DNA from: a virus
DNA length: 29,922 nt
Virus genome (UHGV): UHGV-1480788
Reading direction: 5' to 3' (one strand)
Part shown: positions 20,390 to 27,829 of the stretch, piece after piece
Numbering within the stretch: position 1 is the first letter of the stretch
How the letters are laid out: each line of letters begins with the position of its first letter
Translations under genes and position numbers: made by a program
Notes under the pieces: model-generated
The model's database searches: none
The model's input: only the letters and a program-made list of their open reading frames with translations
Told to the model about the DNA's origin: nothing

Positions 20390-21013
20390 CTAACGTGTGA
20401 CCGCATTCAAAATGTTGTCTGTGATTGACTCTTCCTTGTGACATTGCACCACCAGAGCGTCATACAGCGGCTTAACAGTGCGTGACCAGGTGGGTTGAGT
20501 AAGGTTTGGGATTAGCATCGTTACAGCGCGATATGCGGCGCTTGCTGGCATTCTTGAATAGCCGACACCTTTGCATCTTCCGCACTCTTTCTCAACAACT
20601 CTCCCCCACTGCTCCGTTTTGGCTATATCAACCGCACGGCCTGTACCGTGGCAATCTCTGCATCTTGCACCCGGCGTCGCGGCACTACGGCAATAATCCG
20701 CATAAGCGAATGTTGCGAGCACTTGCAGTACCTTTGCCTTAGTATTTCCTTCAAGCTTTGCCACACCACGGTATTTCCCCGATACCTTGTGTGCAAATTG
20801 CATCAGATAGTTGATAGCCTTTTGTTTGTCGTTCTGGCTGAGTTCGTGCTTACCACAGAATGCAGCCATTCCGAATCCGGCTTGTGATTGCGCCATCCCC
20901 ATAGCAGCCATCACATCAGTACCGGAAAGAGAGTCAGAAGCCGTAGCCCGTGGTGAGTCGCTCATCATCGGGCTTTTTGGCGAATGAAATTTAGCTACAC
21001 TTTCGAGTCTCAT
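20390..21013 (-). CDS. Q: Late-gene antiterminator Q
   Basis: 207 aa; matches lambda Q from memory over almost the full length (MRLESVAKFHSPKSPMMSDSPRATASDSLSGTDVMAAMGMAQSQAGFGMAAFCGKHELSQNDKQKAINYL...). Confidence 0.95.
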   Translation of the reverse strand: MRLESVAKFHSPKSPMMSDSPRATASDSLSGTDVMAAMGMAQSQAGFGMAAFCGKHELSQNDKQKAINYLMQFAHKVSGKYRGVAKLEGNTKAKVLQVLATFAYADYCRSAATPGARCRDCHGTGRAVDIAKTEQWGRVVEKECGRCKGVGYSRMPASAAYRAVTMLIPNLTQPTWSRTVKPLYDALVVQCHKEESITDNILNAVTR

Positions 21014-21198
21014 GGTCTACCCCTCTTGCCCTGTTTGACCATCAGGACGCCGTTAACTATTACGTGACGCTCACCTTTGCTGTCTCGGTTGTACTTGAGC
21101 ACTGTTCCTCTTGCACAGGAAAGCATCCTCGCCACTTCGGTCTGATTGCCTCGTGTCTGGATAAGAAGCTCTGGTATCGTTTGAATTGTGGCGTTCAT
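21010..21198 (-). CDS. ninH: NinH-like protein
   Basis: 62 aa; ..IPELLIQTRGNQTEVARMLSCARGTVLKYNRDSKGERHVIVNGVLMV.. resembles lambda NinH (..GNQTEVARRL.CSRGTVRKY..). Confidence 0.8.
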   Translation of the reverse strand: MNATIQTIPELLIQTRGNQTEVARMLSCARGTVLKYNRDSKGERHVIVNGVLMVKQGKRGRP

Positions 21199-21557
21199 AC
21201 GTTCTCCAGTTCGGTGATTTTTATTCCAAGCCTTCCGCCTGGTACTTTCACGCCACGAATTACGCGAATGTCATCGAATTGCTCGTCATCTTCCGCAAAT
21301 CCGGCGTGGATAAGGGAGTCGAGTAAACCCTTCAGGATGTTGTCGAGGTCGCGGCGGCGGAAGTCTGGAACGTCTGCGATGACTTTGATGCGGAGTCGTG
21401 ATTTGGTGAAAATGTCTAACTTGAGTTGGCGGATGATTTGCTGAACGTCTTTTCGGTATTTCTGGCCTTTATCGCTTATGTAATATTGGCTTCCCCGTCT
21501 TCGCCAGTAGGTATTCACCGACGGCGGGTAAGGAAGCACAAACTGATATTCGTTCAT
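21195..21557 (-). CDS. rusA: Holliday-junction resolvase RusA
   Basis: 120 aa; motifs LPYPPSVNTYWRR, DVPDFRRRDLDNILKGLLDSL, GGRLGIKITE are RusA hallmarks. Confidence 0.85.
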   Translation of the reverse strand: MNEYQFVLPYPPSVNTYWRRRGSQYYISDKGQKYRKDVQQIIRQLKLDIFTKSRLRIKVIADVPDFRRRDLDNILKGLLDSLIHAGFAEDDEQFDDIRVIRGVKVPGGRLGIKITELENV

Positions 21558-21844
21558 GGCTTAATCTTCCCCTCCTTCAGCAGTATCGCCTGCGTCCTGA
21601 TCACGCCTTCGAGGTGGTAAAGTCTGGCGTCTTTGTTGTCGAGAATCATTGTGCGTCGGTCGATCTCCGCGTGGCAGTCACTACAAGCCCATGCGCCGAT
21701 CAGGTCGTCAGGCTTCATTCCCGTTCCGCAAATTCCAGCCATCCGGTAATGTGCCAGAACTGTAGTTTCAGGATTACCATTGCATACGCCGTAAATACGT
21801 ACCTGGCATTCTCTGTTGCGCGCTTCTTTGCGTAGGTTAGCCAT
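21554..21844 (-). CDS. DUF1364 (YbcO-like) Cys-rich protein
   Basis: 96 aa with Cys/His cluster (CQVRIYGVCNG..CSDCH); position upstream of rusA as in the DLP12 ybcO-rusA arrangement. Confidence 0.6.
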   Translation of the reverse strand: MANLRKEARNRECQVRIYGVCNGNPETTVLAHYRMAGICGTGMKPDDLIGAWACSDCHAEIDRRTMILDNKDARLYHLEGVIRTQAILLKEGKIKP

Positions 21845-22566
21845 TAAGCAGCCTCCCCTGTTACTTTCAGCATTCCGTTATCGAGCAGCTTTCTGGTCAG
21901 CCACTGTTGGCCACGCCCGGTGATTTTTGTGGTGAACGATATCTGTATTCCGTGATTTGTATTGACCGCTGTTTCTTTCACTGTGAAATAGCCGCGATCC
22001 ATATATTCCTGCATTGGCACATTGCGCCGGGAACCTGAAGCAATAAGGATTTTGTGATCGCGCATCCACGCAAACAGTTTGTTTGGACCAATTCCAACAA
22101 CCTTTGCAAAGTTTCCAATCAAAATTCCGCTGGCCTCGCCAACGCGATCGGCAAACTCAACTTTAGGTGCGGCAATTGCGAGCTGGTTTTCCAGTTGCAT
22201 TTTCTTCTCGGCAAGATCAGCAGCAAGGCGCAACGCTTCCGGTAGCGTTTTGGGGATATTAACCGCAGCTTCTTCAAGCTCTCGCCAGCGGTCAACAAGG
22301 CGAGCGGTGAATTCCGGCGACAACTGGGCAACAACAACAATACTATCTCGCTTACCTTGTTCACCTTCGAAGACGTAATGCTCGTACTGAACATTGAACC
22401 CTAAGTTATTGATTCTTTCGGAAACCTCAATTTGAGGAAGCCGGATAACACCATTTTTAGCCAGCGTTTCGATGGTACGTTTCACATTGTCATGACGCTT
22501 ACCCACCAACTCAGCGATTTCAATGCTTGTCATTTTGATGGCATTGCCATTTATTAACTCATTCAT
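21844..22566 (-). CDS. Rha-N / KilAC-domain DNA-binding protein (Roi/antirepressor-like)
   Basis: N-terminus ..MTSIEIAELVGKRHDNVKRTIETL.. is Rha/AntA-like; C-terminal ..NFAKVVGIGPNKLFAWMRDHKIL.. is KilAC-like; 240 aa. Confidence 0.6.
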   Translation of the reverse strand: MNELINGNAIKMTSIEIAELVGKRHDNVKRTIETLAKNGVIRLPQIEVSERINNLGFNVQYEHYVFEGEQGKRDSIVVVAQLSPEFTARLVDRWRELEEAAVNIPKTLPEALRLAADLAEKKMQLENQLAIAAPKVEFADRVGEASGILIGNFAKVVGIGPNKLFAWMRDHKILIASGSRRNVPMQEYMDRGYFTVKETAVNTNHGIQISFTTKITGRGQQWLTRKLLDNGMLKVTGEAA

Positions 22567-22735
22567 CGTCTTCTTCCTCGTACATTGAGCTATTCGGATC
22601 GCTCATCAGTTCTGCGCAGCAATCTGAGCACACGTGAACTTCCAGCACATGCAGCTTCTGACCGCAGTTAGCGCACGTTAAAGCCCGCTCGACGCTTTCT
22701 TTCTGGTATTGAATGGATTGGGATGGGCTAAGCAT
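22559..22735 (-). CDS. ninF: NinF-like protein
   Basis: [58 protein letters not shown] matches lambda NinF from memory; ORF extends upstream to 22789 but the NinF-aligned ATG is at 22735. Confidence 0.8.
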   Translation of the reverse strand: MLSPSQSIQYQKESVERALTCANCGQKLHVLEVHVCSDCCAELMSDPNSSMYEEEDDE

Positions 22736-23135
22736 GGCTTTCACCATTAAAAAGTCGCTTGTAAGCATCAATGTCTCGTTTTGCTTCACCGAGCTTTCGT
22801 CTTAATTCCATGTTTTCTGATTCAAGCTTTTCCATGTCTTGCTGGTATCGATCGCGGTGTTCTTTCCATGCTTTTCGATACGCCTTCATGTATGTCGTAT
22901 TGGCCTTTCTCTTTGCCTGACGAACTGCATGGTGGTTTTTCACAAACCAGTCAGGGTCGTTAAATGCTGCTCTGGCGCATGTATACCAATAATTTGTTGC
23001 CTCCCTGTTTAGCCAATAAATACTGATAAATGGCAACCGGATAGACACCATTTTTCGTTGTGACTCTTTCTCGCCAAACATGTGGCCTTTTTTGATGCTA
23101 AGGCCAAATCCAGGTTGAATTAAAAGCATTGTCAT
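22728..23135 (-). CDS. Hypothetical protein (135 aa) with basic, coiled-coil-like C-terminus
   Basis: Start ATG overlaps NinE stop (ATGA) and has GAGGA upstream; the ORF-track extension to 23171 would overlap NinE; no homolog recognised. Confidence 0.5.
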   Translation of the reverse strand: MTMLLIQPGFGLSIKKGHMFGEKESQRKMVSIRLPFISIYWLNREATNYWYTCARAAFNDPDWFVKNHHAVRQAKRKANTTYMKAYRKAWKEHRDRYQQDMEKLESENMELRRKLGEAKRDIDAYKRLFNGESHA

Positions 23136-23308
23136 TTCCTCGCACGATGTCTTAGCCACCGGATATCCCACAGGTGAGCCGTGTAGTTGAAGGTTTTTAC
23201 GTCAGATTCTTTTGGGATTGGCTTGCGTTTATTTCTGGAGCGTTTCGTTGGAAGGTATTTGCAGTTTTCGCAGATGATGTCGGTGATACTTCGTCGCTGT
23301 CGTCTCAT
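23132..23308 (-). CDS. ninE: NinE-like protein (58 aa, below the ORF-track size cutoff)
   Basis: Hand translation [58 protein letters not shown] matches lambda NinE from memory; AGGAGG RBS; start overlaps NinB stop (ATGA). Confidence 0.8.
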   Translation of the reverse strand: MRRQRRSITDIICENCKYLPTKRSRNKRKPIPKESDVKTFNYTAHLWDIRWLRHRARK

Positions 23309-23715
23309 TCGTACCTCCTGTCGGTAAATCTGACACCCTGACCAATAGCCCAGGCTGTTGTGTACTCGATAAGACTTGTCATACGCTTCACACTCATCTG
23401 CGCGCTGCTTTCGCGAATGTTGACGTATTCGCCTTCAAGCCCGGGCAAAACATCAGCTTCCTGCTTTGTTGCCACTGCATGACCGCTGATCAACAAAACC
23501 TTCCATTGTTCTGGTTTTAACCATTTGCCGCACCATTGAACCTGACGTGCGATATCCGCCAGCATCGCGTGAAATTTTGCGTTCTGGTCAAGGTTGCGCT
23601 TGTAGTCAATAATGCGGATGGTGACTGGCTTGTCTTTATCGAGTGGTGTTGCGAGGATGGCGTTGATTGCAGCTTGCTGTTGTTGCTTACTTCGGAGGAA
23701 GATTGTCTGCTTCAT
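23305..23715 (-). CDS. ninB: NinB (phage Orf-family recombination mediator)
   Basis: 136 aa; ..[32 protein letters not shown].. resembles lambda NinB (..SLDQNRKLWACLGDVSRQVEWHGRWLDAESWK..). Confidence 0.85.
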   Translation of the reverse strand: MKQTIFLRSKQQQQAAINAILATPLDKDKPVTIRIIDYKRNLDQNAKFHAMLADIARQVQWCGKWLKPEQWKVLLISGHAVATKQEADVLPGLEGEYVNIRESSAQMSVKRMTSLIEYTTAWAIGQGVRFTDRRYE

Positions 23716-23717
23716 CG

Positions 23718-24032
23718 TTACTCCTTTACTTTGACTCCAGCAGCGCGGATGTTTTCCTCATAAGCATCCATTCCATCACCGAAGCCATTGGAATAATCAA
23801 CAGTAAACCCTTTGGCTAATGCTTCTCTGCTGTCGATAAACTTTGGCGCGGTTATTTCAATATCTGCTCGCGATGCCTGCCATAAAGTCCACCACTCATT
23901 TAAGGAGTGACGAATATCCATGCTTGAAAATGCGAAGTACCTATCACCATTTCTTGCCTCGGTTATCATCTCGAATGGTAATCTCAATTTTTTGGCAACG
24001 TATTCCTCAAACTTCTTTCTTGATTCGTCCAT
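23718..24032 (-). CDS. Hypothetical protein (104 aa)
   Basis: ATG start; tightly packed upstream of ninB; no homolog recognised. Confidence 0.5.
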   Translation of the reverse strand: MDESRKKFEEYVAKKLRLPFEMITEARNGDRYFAFSSMDIRHSLNEWWTLWQASRADIEITAPKFIDSREALAKGFTVDYSNGFGDGMDAYEENIRAAGVKVKE

Positions 24033-24046
24033 ATCAATCCCCGTTA

Positions 24047-24244
24047 TTACAGGTTAATTTTCACCCAACCCTTCCCACGCACATTTGCAACAAGCCCTTT
24101 CTTTCTCAGGTATTGCATACGGCGATCGATGGTTTCGATATACATTCCATTGCTCCGCCATTTAAGCCAGATATCAAAAACAGGTGTTGGTCTTTCACTC
24201 AGCATTGAAAGAATGTTTTGATCTAATTTTTCGTACTTGCTCAC
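24047..24244 (-). CDS. Hypothetical small basic protein (65 aa), possible winged-helix
   Basis: GTG start overlapping the upstream stop (GTGA) with a GAGAGAGGG stretch upstream; K/R-rich C-terminus; no homolog recognised. Confidence 0.45.
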   Translation of the reverse strand: MSKYEKLDQNILSMLSERPTPVFDIWLKWRSNGMYIETIDRRMQYLRKKGLVANVRGKGWVKINL

Positions 24245-24567
24245 AAATACCCTCTCTCACTTAATCGCGCCCACGCTTCGTTAAACTCTTCTCGGGTTGC
24301 GCCGGATTTTCTTTCTTCAAACATCATGCATTCGCTGATGTCTCCCCATGACTTTGGTCGCTTTTCAGCGAACAGATCATCCCATTCGAATACCCAGCGG
24401 CCTGATTTTCGGTAGTGGTAAATGGTCAGCCATGTTGTGCTGTTCGCTGGATACCCATAGAGAACTTCGACTTTTTGATCACGGTCTTTATGCTTTTTCA
24501 GCAGGATAAAGCCAGCAACCAGCGAAGCTCCGGAAAGAATGATGATTGGAATTTGCCAGTCAGCCAC
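24241..24567 (-). CDS. Hypothetical membrane-anchored protein (108 aa)
   Basis: GTG start; N-terminal hydrophobic helix (IPIIILSGASLVAGFILL) followed by a charged/Trp-rich domain; no homolog recognised. Confidence 0.5.
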   Translation of the reverse strand: MADWQIPIIILSGASLVAGFILLKKHKDRDQKVEVLYGYPANSTTWLTIYHYRKSGRWVFEWDDLFAEKRPKSWGDISECMMFEERKSGATREEFNEAWARLSERGYL

Positions 24568-24642
24568 ACTTCCCTCTCCCCCAAATAAAAAGGCCTGCGA
24601 TTACCAGCAGGCCTGTTACAAGCTCACTGATGTAGATGGTCA

Positions 24643-26082
24643 TCAGAATCCTCCTTTCTTCTTGGACTGCGGTTCCTCGCGTTCACGGCGGCGCATTTCA
24701 GCAGACTGTTGGTCTGTGTCATAAATAGCGCCATTTGCCTGTATGCAATACACCGTGCCGGTATTGCCATGACGATTGAGGCGAAGGATTAGTTCGGTTT
24801 CACCAGGAGGAACGCTGTCATCAAAAGCACCTTCCCGATGGATCCCAACCCAATAATCGCAATCCTGTTCAATCTGCCCTGTATCTCGCGAGTCACTTGG
24901 TAATGGGCGTTTATTGGTTCGGCTTTCCAATGCGCGGTTAAGCTGCGTCAGAAGCACAACAACGCAATCAAGCTCTTTGGCAAGGTTCTTCAGTCCTTTG
25001 GTGATCATGCCGTAAGCAAGGTCGTTGCGATCGGCCTTTTCAGCGGTCATTAGTGTCAGGTAATCGACCAGAATCATGCCAACACATCCTTTTTCTCGCT
25101 TGATTCGACGGCTTTCGCTGACGATTTGAGCCAGAGATAATCCCGGCGTGTCGTCGATGTAAAGCATGTCGATTTCACTCAAGCGATTGGCTGTTTCGAT
25201 CGCCCTGTTGAAGTCACCATCGTAATCACCCTGATAGCCGTCATCAGCGTCATTTGTCGCCGGAAGGTAAAAAATATTCGGGTTAACACCAGACTTCTGC
25301 CCTACCAGTTTTTCCAGTATCTGGTCACCTGGCATTTCAAGGCTGAACATCAGAGCGGGCTTTTTCTCATGCACTGCGCAGTTGATTGCCATCTGGCTGT
25401 ATAGCGTCGTTTTCCCCATCTTAGGGCGAGCGCCAATGACAAACAGAGAACCTTTCACCAGACCTTTCGGTGACAGCATCCTGTCCAGCGATGGGATCCC
25501 TGTGCTCATTCCTCGCTGTTCGCCTGACGGGTCAAATCGCTTCTCAAGGTCGCTAACCCAGTCTTCCATGACCTCACCAAATGAGCGAAGGCCGCGACGC
25601 GATCCGGTTTTTGCATGGTCTGTCAGTTGCGTGAAAATCGCCTGAATAGCTTCGTACTTCTGCGTTGCAGTCATTCCGTTGCGGGAATAGAGCAATTCCG
25701 TCGCTTCAGTCATGCGGTTGATGGCGTAGCGTTCCATTGCGGTTTCACGAACCTGCATTGCATAGGCAACGATGTTTGCTGCGCTTGGCGTGTTCTTTGC
25801 GATCTCAGCGATATAAGCAAAACCGCCAACAGACACCGTTAACGATTTACGCTCCAGTTCATCGAAAAGCGTCAGGCCATCTACTGGCTTTTGCTCCCGG
25901 TGCATTCTGGTTATTTCTTCGAAAAGGATTTTGTGTGGTCGGCTGTAAAATGAATCGGGCTTCAGCATCGCCAGAACTTTCTGGACGCGCTCACTGCTGT
26001 CATCATCCAGAAGCAATCCACCAATCACCGCCTGCTCTGCCTCGATGCTATGGGGCGGCGCATAAAAATTATCGGTCATCAT
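24643..26082 (-). CDS. Replicative DNA helicase, DnaB family
   Basis: Conserved DnaB N-terminus (PPHSIEAEQAVIGGLLLD), Walker A GARPKMGKT, helicase motifs; track start 26094 is GTG, ATG 26082 with GAGGG upstream used. Confidence 0.9.
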   Translation of the reverse strand: MMTDNFYAPPHSIEAEQAVIGGLLLDDDSSERVQKVLAMLKPDSFYSRPHKILFEEITRMHREQKPVDGLTLFDELERKSLTVSVGGFAYIAEIAKNTPSAANIVAYAMQVRETAMERYAINRMTEATELLYSRNGMTATQKYEAIQAIFTQLTDHAKTGSRRGLRSFGEVMEDWVSDLEKRFDPSGEQRGMSTGIPSLDRMLSPKGLVKGSLFVIGARPKMGKTTLYSQMAINCAVHEKKPALMFSLEMPGDQILEKLVGQKSGVNPNIFYLPATNDADDGYQGDYDGDFNRAIETANRLSEIDMLYIDDTPGLSLAQIVSESRRIKREKGCVGMILVDYLTLMTAEKADRNDLAYGMITKGLKNLAKELDCVVVLLTQLNRALESRTNKRPLPSDSRDTGQIEQDCDYWVGIHREGAFDDSVPPGETELILRLNRHGNTGTVYCIQANGAIYDTDQQSAEMRRREREEPQSKKKGGF

Positions 26083-26959
26083 GTTCACCCTCACGAACTT
26101 TCAGGTAGGTATTGTCGTTAAGCAGGAAATCAAATCCCTTTTTGTGCCAGACGGTTCCGCGTTGATGGTTTGGGCGTTCTTCGAACATCCATCGGCAATT
26201 TTCGCCTACGTAGCTCAAATAATTTCTCCAGTCCTGCATCGTGAACCCATGCCCGTCAAGCTGGCGGGTTATCACTCCGGCTTTGCGCCAGAACGTTCGG
26301 ATCTGGTTTTTACGCTTGTCATTCAGTGCGCGGATTCTTGGCGCTTCAGGAAGGATTTCGTGGTAAGCATCGACAACATCCTGACAGCTAACGGAAGGTT
26401 TTTTCTTGTCAGACTTTTTGTCTGCTGTGGCACTCTCTAATACGTCAGTATTAGAGATATTATTTATATTATTGTTTATGGACAACCGTTGGACAACCGT
26501 TGGACAATCTCCGCTGAGAGCCGCGCCATTACTGGTGTTTGCGTTGGACAACCGTTGGACAACCGTTGGACAATTTTTTGCCTGAAAATCGTCATATTTA
26601 ACGATTGTAAACAGGCTAAATTTCTTCCCCATCGAGCAAATATTAAGCATACCTTTCGACTCAAAAGTCCGTAATAAGCTCCGAACTTTGTTGTCGGGGA
26701 TGAATGTTTCTCTGACCAGCGACGGGCGTCCAGTTATCATCTGACCGCGATCAACAGTTATCGGACCGATATCCGTATTGACGACAGTAGATTCGTGATT
26801 AGCCTTGAGGATTAAGTGAAGCCAAAGATGTACTGCCTGAGAGTCCTTATAGAGCCTGCTGTCCATAAACTGGCGGTGTATAGAGACATACCCCATACTG
26901 GATGCCTCCTGATGTTGTACAGGGTTATGCCTGTAATCAGCTAACTTAACGACGCCCAT
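26069..26959 (-). CDS. Replication initiator, lambda O / P22 gp18-like
   Basis: Origin iterons lie inside the gene and encode the repeated peptide CPTVVQRLSN; AGGAG RBS; stop overlaps helicase start; immediately followed by the helicase as in lambdoid replication modules. Confidence 0.8.
   Translation of the reverse strand: MGVVKLADYRHNPVQHQEASSMGYVSIHRQFMDSRLYKDSQAVHLWLHLILKANHESTVVNTDIGPITVDRGQMITGRPSLVRETFIPDNKVRSLLRTFESKGMLNICSMGKKFSLFTIVKYDDFQAKNCPTVVQRLSNANTSNGAALSGDCPTVVQRLSINNNINNISNTDVLESATADKKSDKKKPSVSCQDVVDAYHEILPEAPRIRALNDKRKNQIRTFWRKAGVITRQLDGHGFTMQDWRNYLSYVGENCRWMFEERPNHQRGTVWHKKGFDFLLNDNTYLKVREGEHDDR
26479..26577. repeat. Origin iterons: two clusters of three 11-bp direct repeats (TGGACAACCGT; third copy of each degenerate) followed by an AT-rich tract
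   Basis: Clusters read directly at 26479-26510 and 26545-26577; 11-bp periodicity; AT-rich 26573-26600. Confidence 0.75.
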
Positions 26960-27002
26960 GTTTCACTCCTGCTTTGGCTAGTCTGTAAACACCAACAAGG
27001 CG

Positions 27003-27107
27003 CTATGCGAACGCCCTGTTATTTGCTGCGGCTACCACTAATCCCTCAGGTGAATCAGGGTGTCGAATCTCTTCTTTTTCCTGGTATTTCTTACGACGTT
27101 TTGTCAT
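27003..27107 (-). CDS. Possible small basic protein (34 aa) between cII and the initiator gene
   Basis: Hand-translated MTKRRKKYQEKEEIRHPDSPEGLVVAAANNRAFA; AGGAG 6 nt upstream of the ATG; too short to judge. Confidence 0.3.
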   Translation of the reverse strand: MTKRRKKYQEKEEIRHPDSPEGLVVAAANNRAFA

Positions 27108-27141
27108 AATTACTCCTGTGGATTGATCCAGTCTTTCTACA

Positions 27142-27420
27142 TCAGGCCTCGAAGAATTCGCCGTTCTTCGGGGCTTTTTCTTTTGTCAGCATTCTGGCTA
27201 CTTTCTTAGCCAGTTCCGCCAACTCCTCGTCTTCAACACCCCATTCAAGAACAGCCAGAAGCATTCCCATTTTTGGGATGAAGCTGTCTTTCCATCGCGA
27301 AATTTGCGATTCATTAATCCCTAACGCGTCGGCAACCTTTCGCTGACCACGTACAGCAATTCGATTCAGGATGTTGCTTGTAATTGCATTCGCTTTCTTG
27401 CGAGTACTTGTAAGTTGCAT
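27142..27420 (-). CDS. cII: Transcriptional activator CII
   Basis: ..SQISRWK..IPK..MLLAVLEWGV.. matches lambda CII; leader AAGGAAATACTTACAT-ATG matches the lambda cII leader as I recall it. Confidence 0.85.
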   Translation of the reverse strand: MQLTSTRKKANAITSNILNRIAVRGQRKVADALGINESQISRWKDSFIPKMGMLLAVLEWGVEDEELAELAKKVARMLTKEKAPKNGEFFEA

Positions 27421-27477
27421 ATGTAAGTATTTCCTTAACTAATAAGAAGTTATGCGCATCAACTTATGCGCGTTGTA

Positions 27478-27522
27478 TTCCCGCATTTCGGCGGGAATGA
27501 TGACCATGACTGTTAAAGAGCG
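27478..27522 (-). promoter_or_regulatory. nutR: boxA (CGCTCTTTAAC) plus boxB hairpin (UUCCCGC-CGAAAU-GCGGGAA)
   Basis: boxA close to the consensus CGCTCTTTA; 7-bp stem hairpin 14 nt downstream; located 6 nt after cro stop; identical boxA/boxB recur at nutL. Confidence 0.65.
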
Positions 27523-27528
27523 GTGTTA

Positions 27529-27723
27529 CTATTTGTTTTTCTTGTTGCTTGGGAAAGGACGAACTTCCTCTCCAATCACACTGCCATCAGGCTTTACCGT
27601 AACCATGATGTTACGGCCTGCCAGAATGGCCTTGCTGATAGCGCACTGGATTACACCAAAGTCACTGGCTGCTTTAGCCTGTCCATGGATTTTGGCGTAA
27701 TCGGCAAGTGTCATTCGAATCAT
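27529..27723 (-). CDS. cro: Cro repressor
   Basis: ..[35 protein letters not shown]...DGSV..EEV.PFPSNKK aligns with lambda Cro; track start 27729 is GTG, ATG 27723 with GGAG upstream used. Confidence 0.85.
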   Translation of the reverse strand: MIRMTLADYAKIHGQAKAASDFGVIQCAISKAILAGRNIMVTVKPDGSVIGEEVRPFPSNKKNK

Positions 27724-27752
27724 ATGCACTCTCCGTTATTAACCATGAACAA

Positions 27753-27823
27753 AGAATACTACAGGTATTCAAAGCAATCAATACTCAGGGTATTTTTAGT
27801 TTAAGTACCTTAGCTATTAGAAT
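27753..27823. promoter_or_regulatory. OR region: operators AATACTACAGGTATT (27755-27769), AATACTCAGGGTATT (27780-27794), weaker AGTACCTTAGCTATT (27804-27818); divergent pR and pRM
   Basis: Palindromic 15-mers AATAC-N5-GTATT spaced 25 bp; pR -35 TTGATT / -10 TATTCT overlaps sites 1-2; pRM -10 TAGAAT ends 7 nt before the cI ATG, implying a near-leaderless cI mRNA. Confidence 0.6.
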
Positions 27824-27829
27824 TAAGCT

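Noticed and set aside
26479-26577. Direct repeats considered as a possible CRISPR or minisatellite array
   Set aside because: The repeats are 11 bp, contiguous and inside the initiator gene, with no spacer-sized unique units; the pattern fits lambdoid origin iterons.
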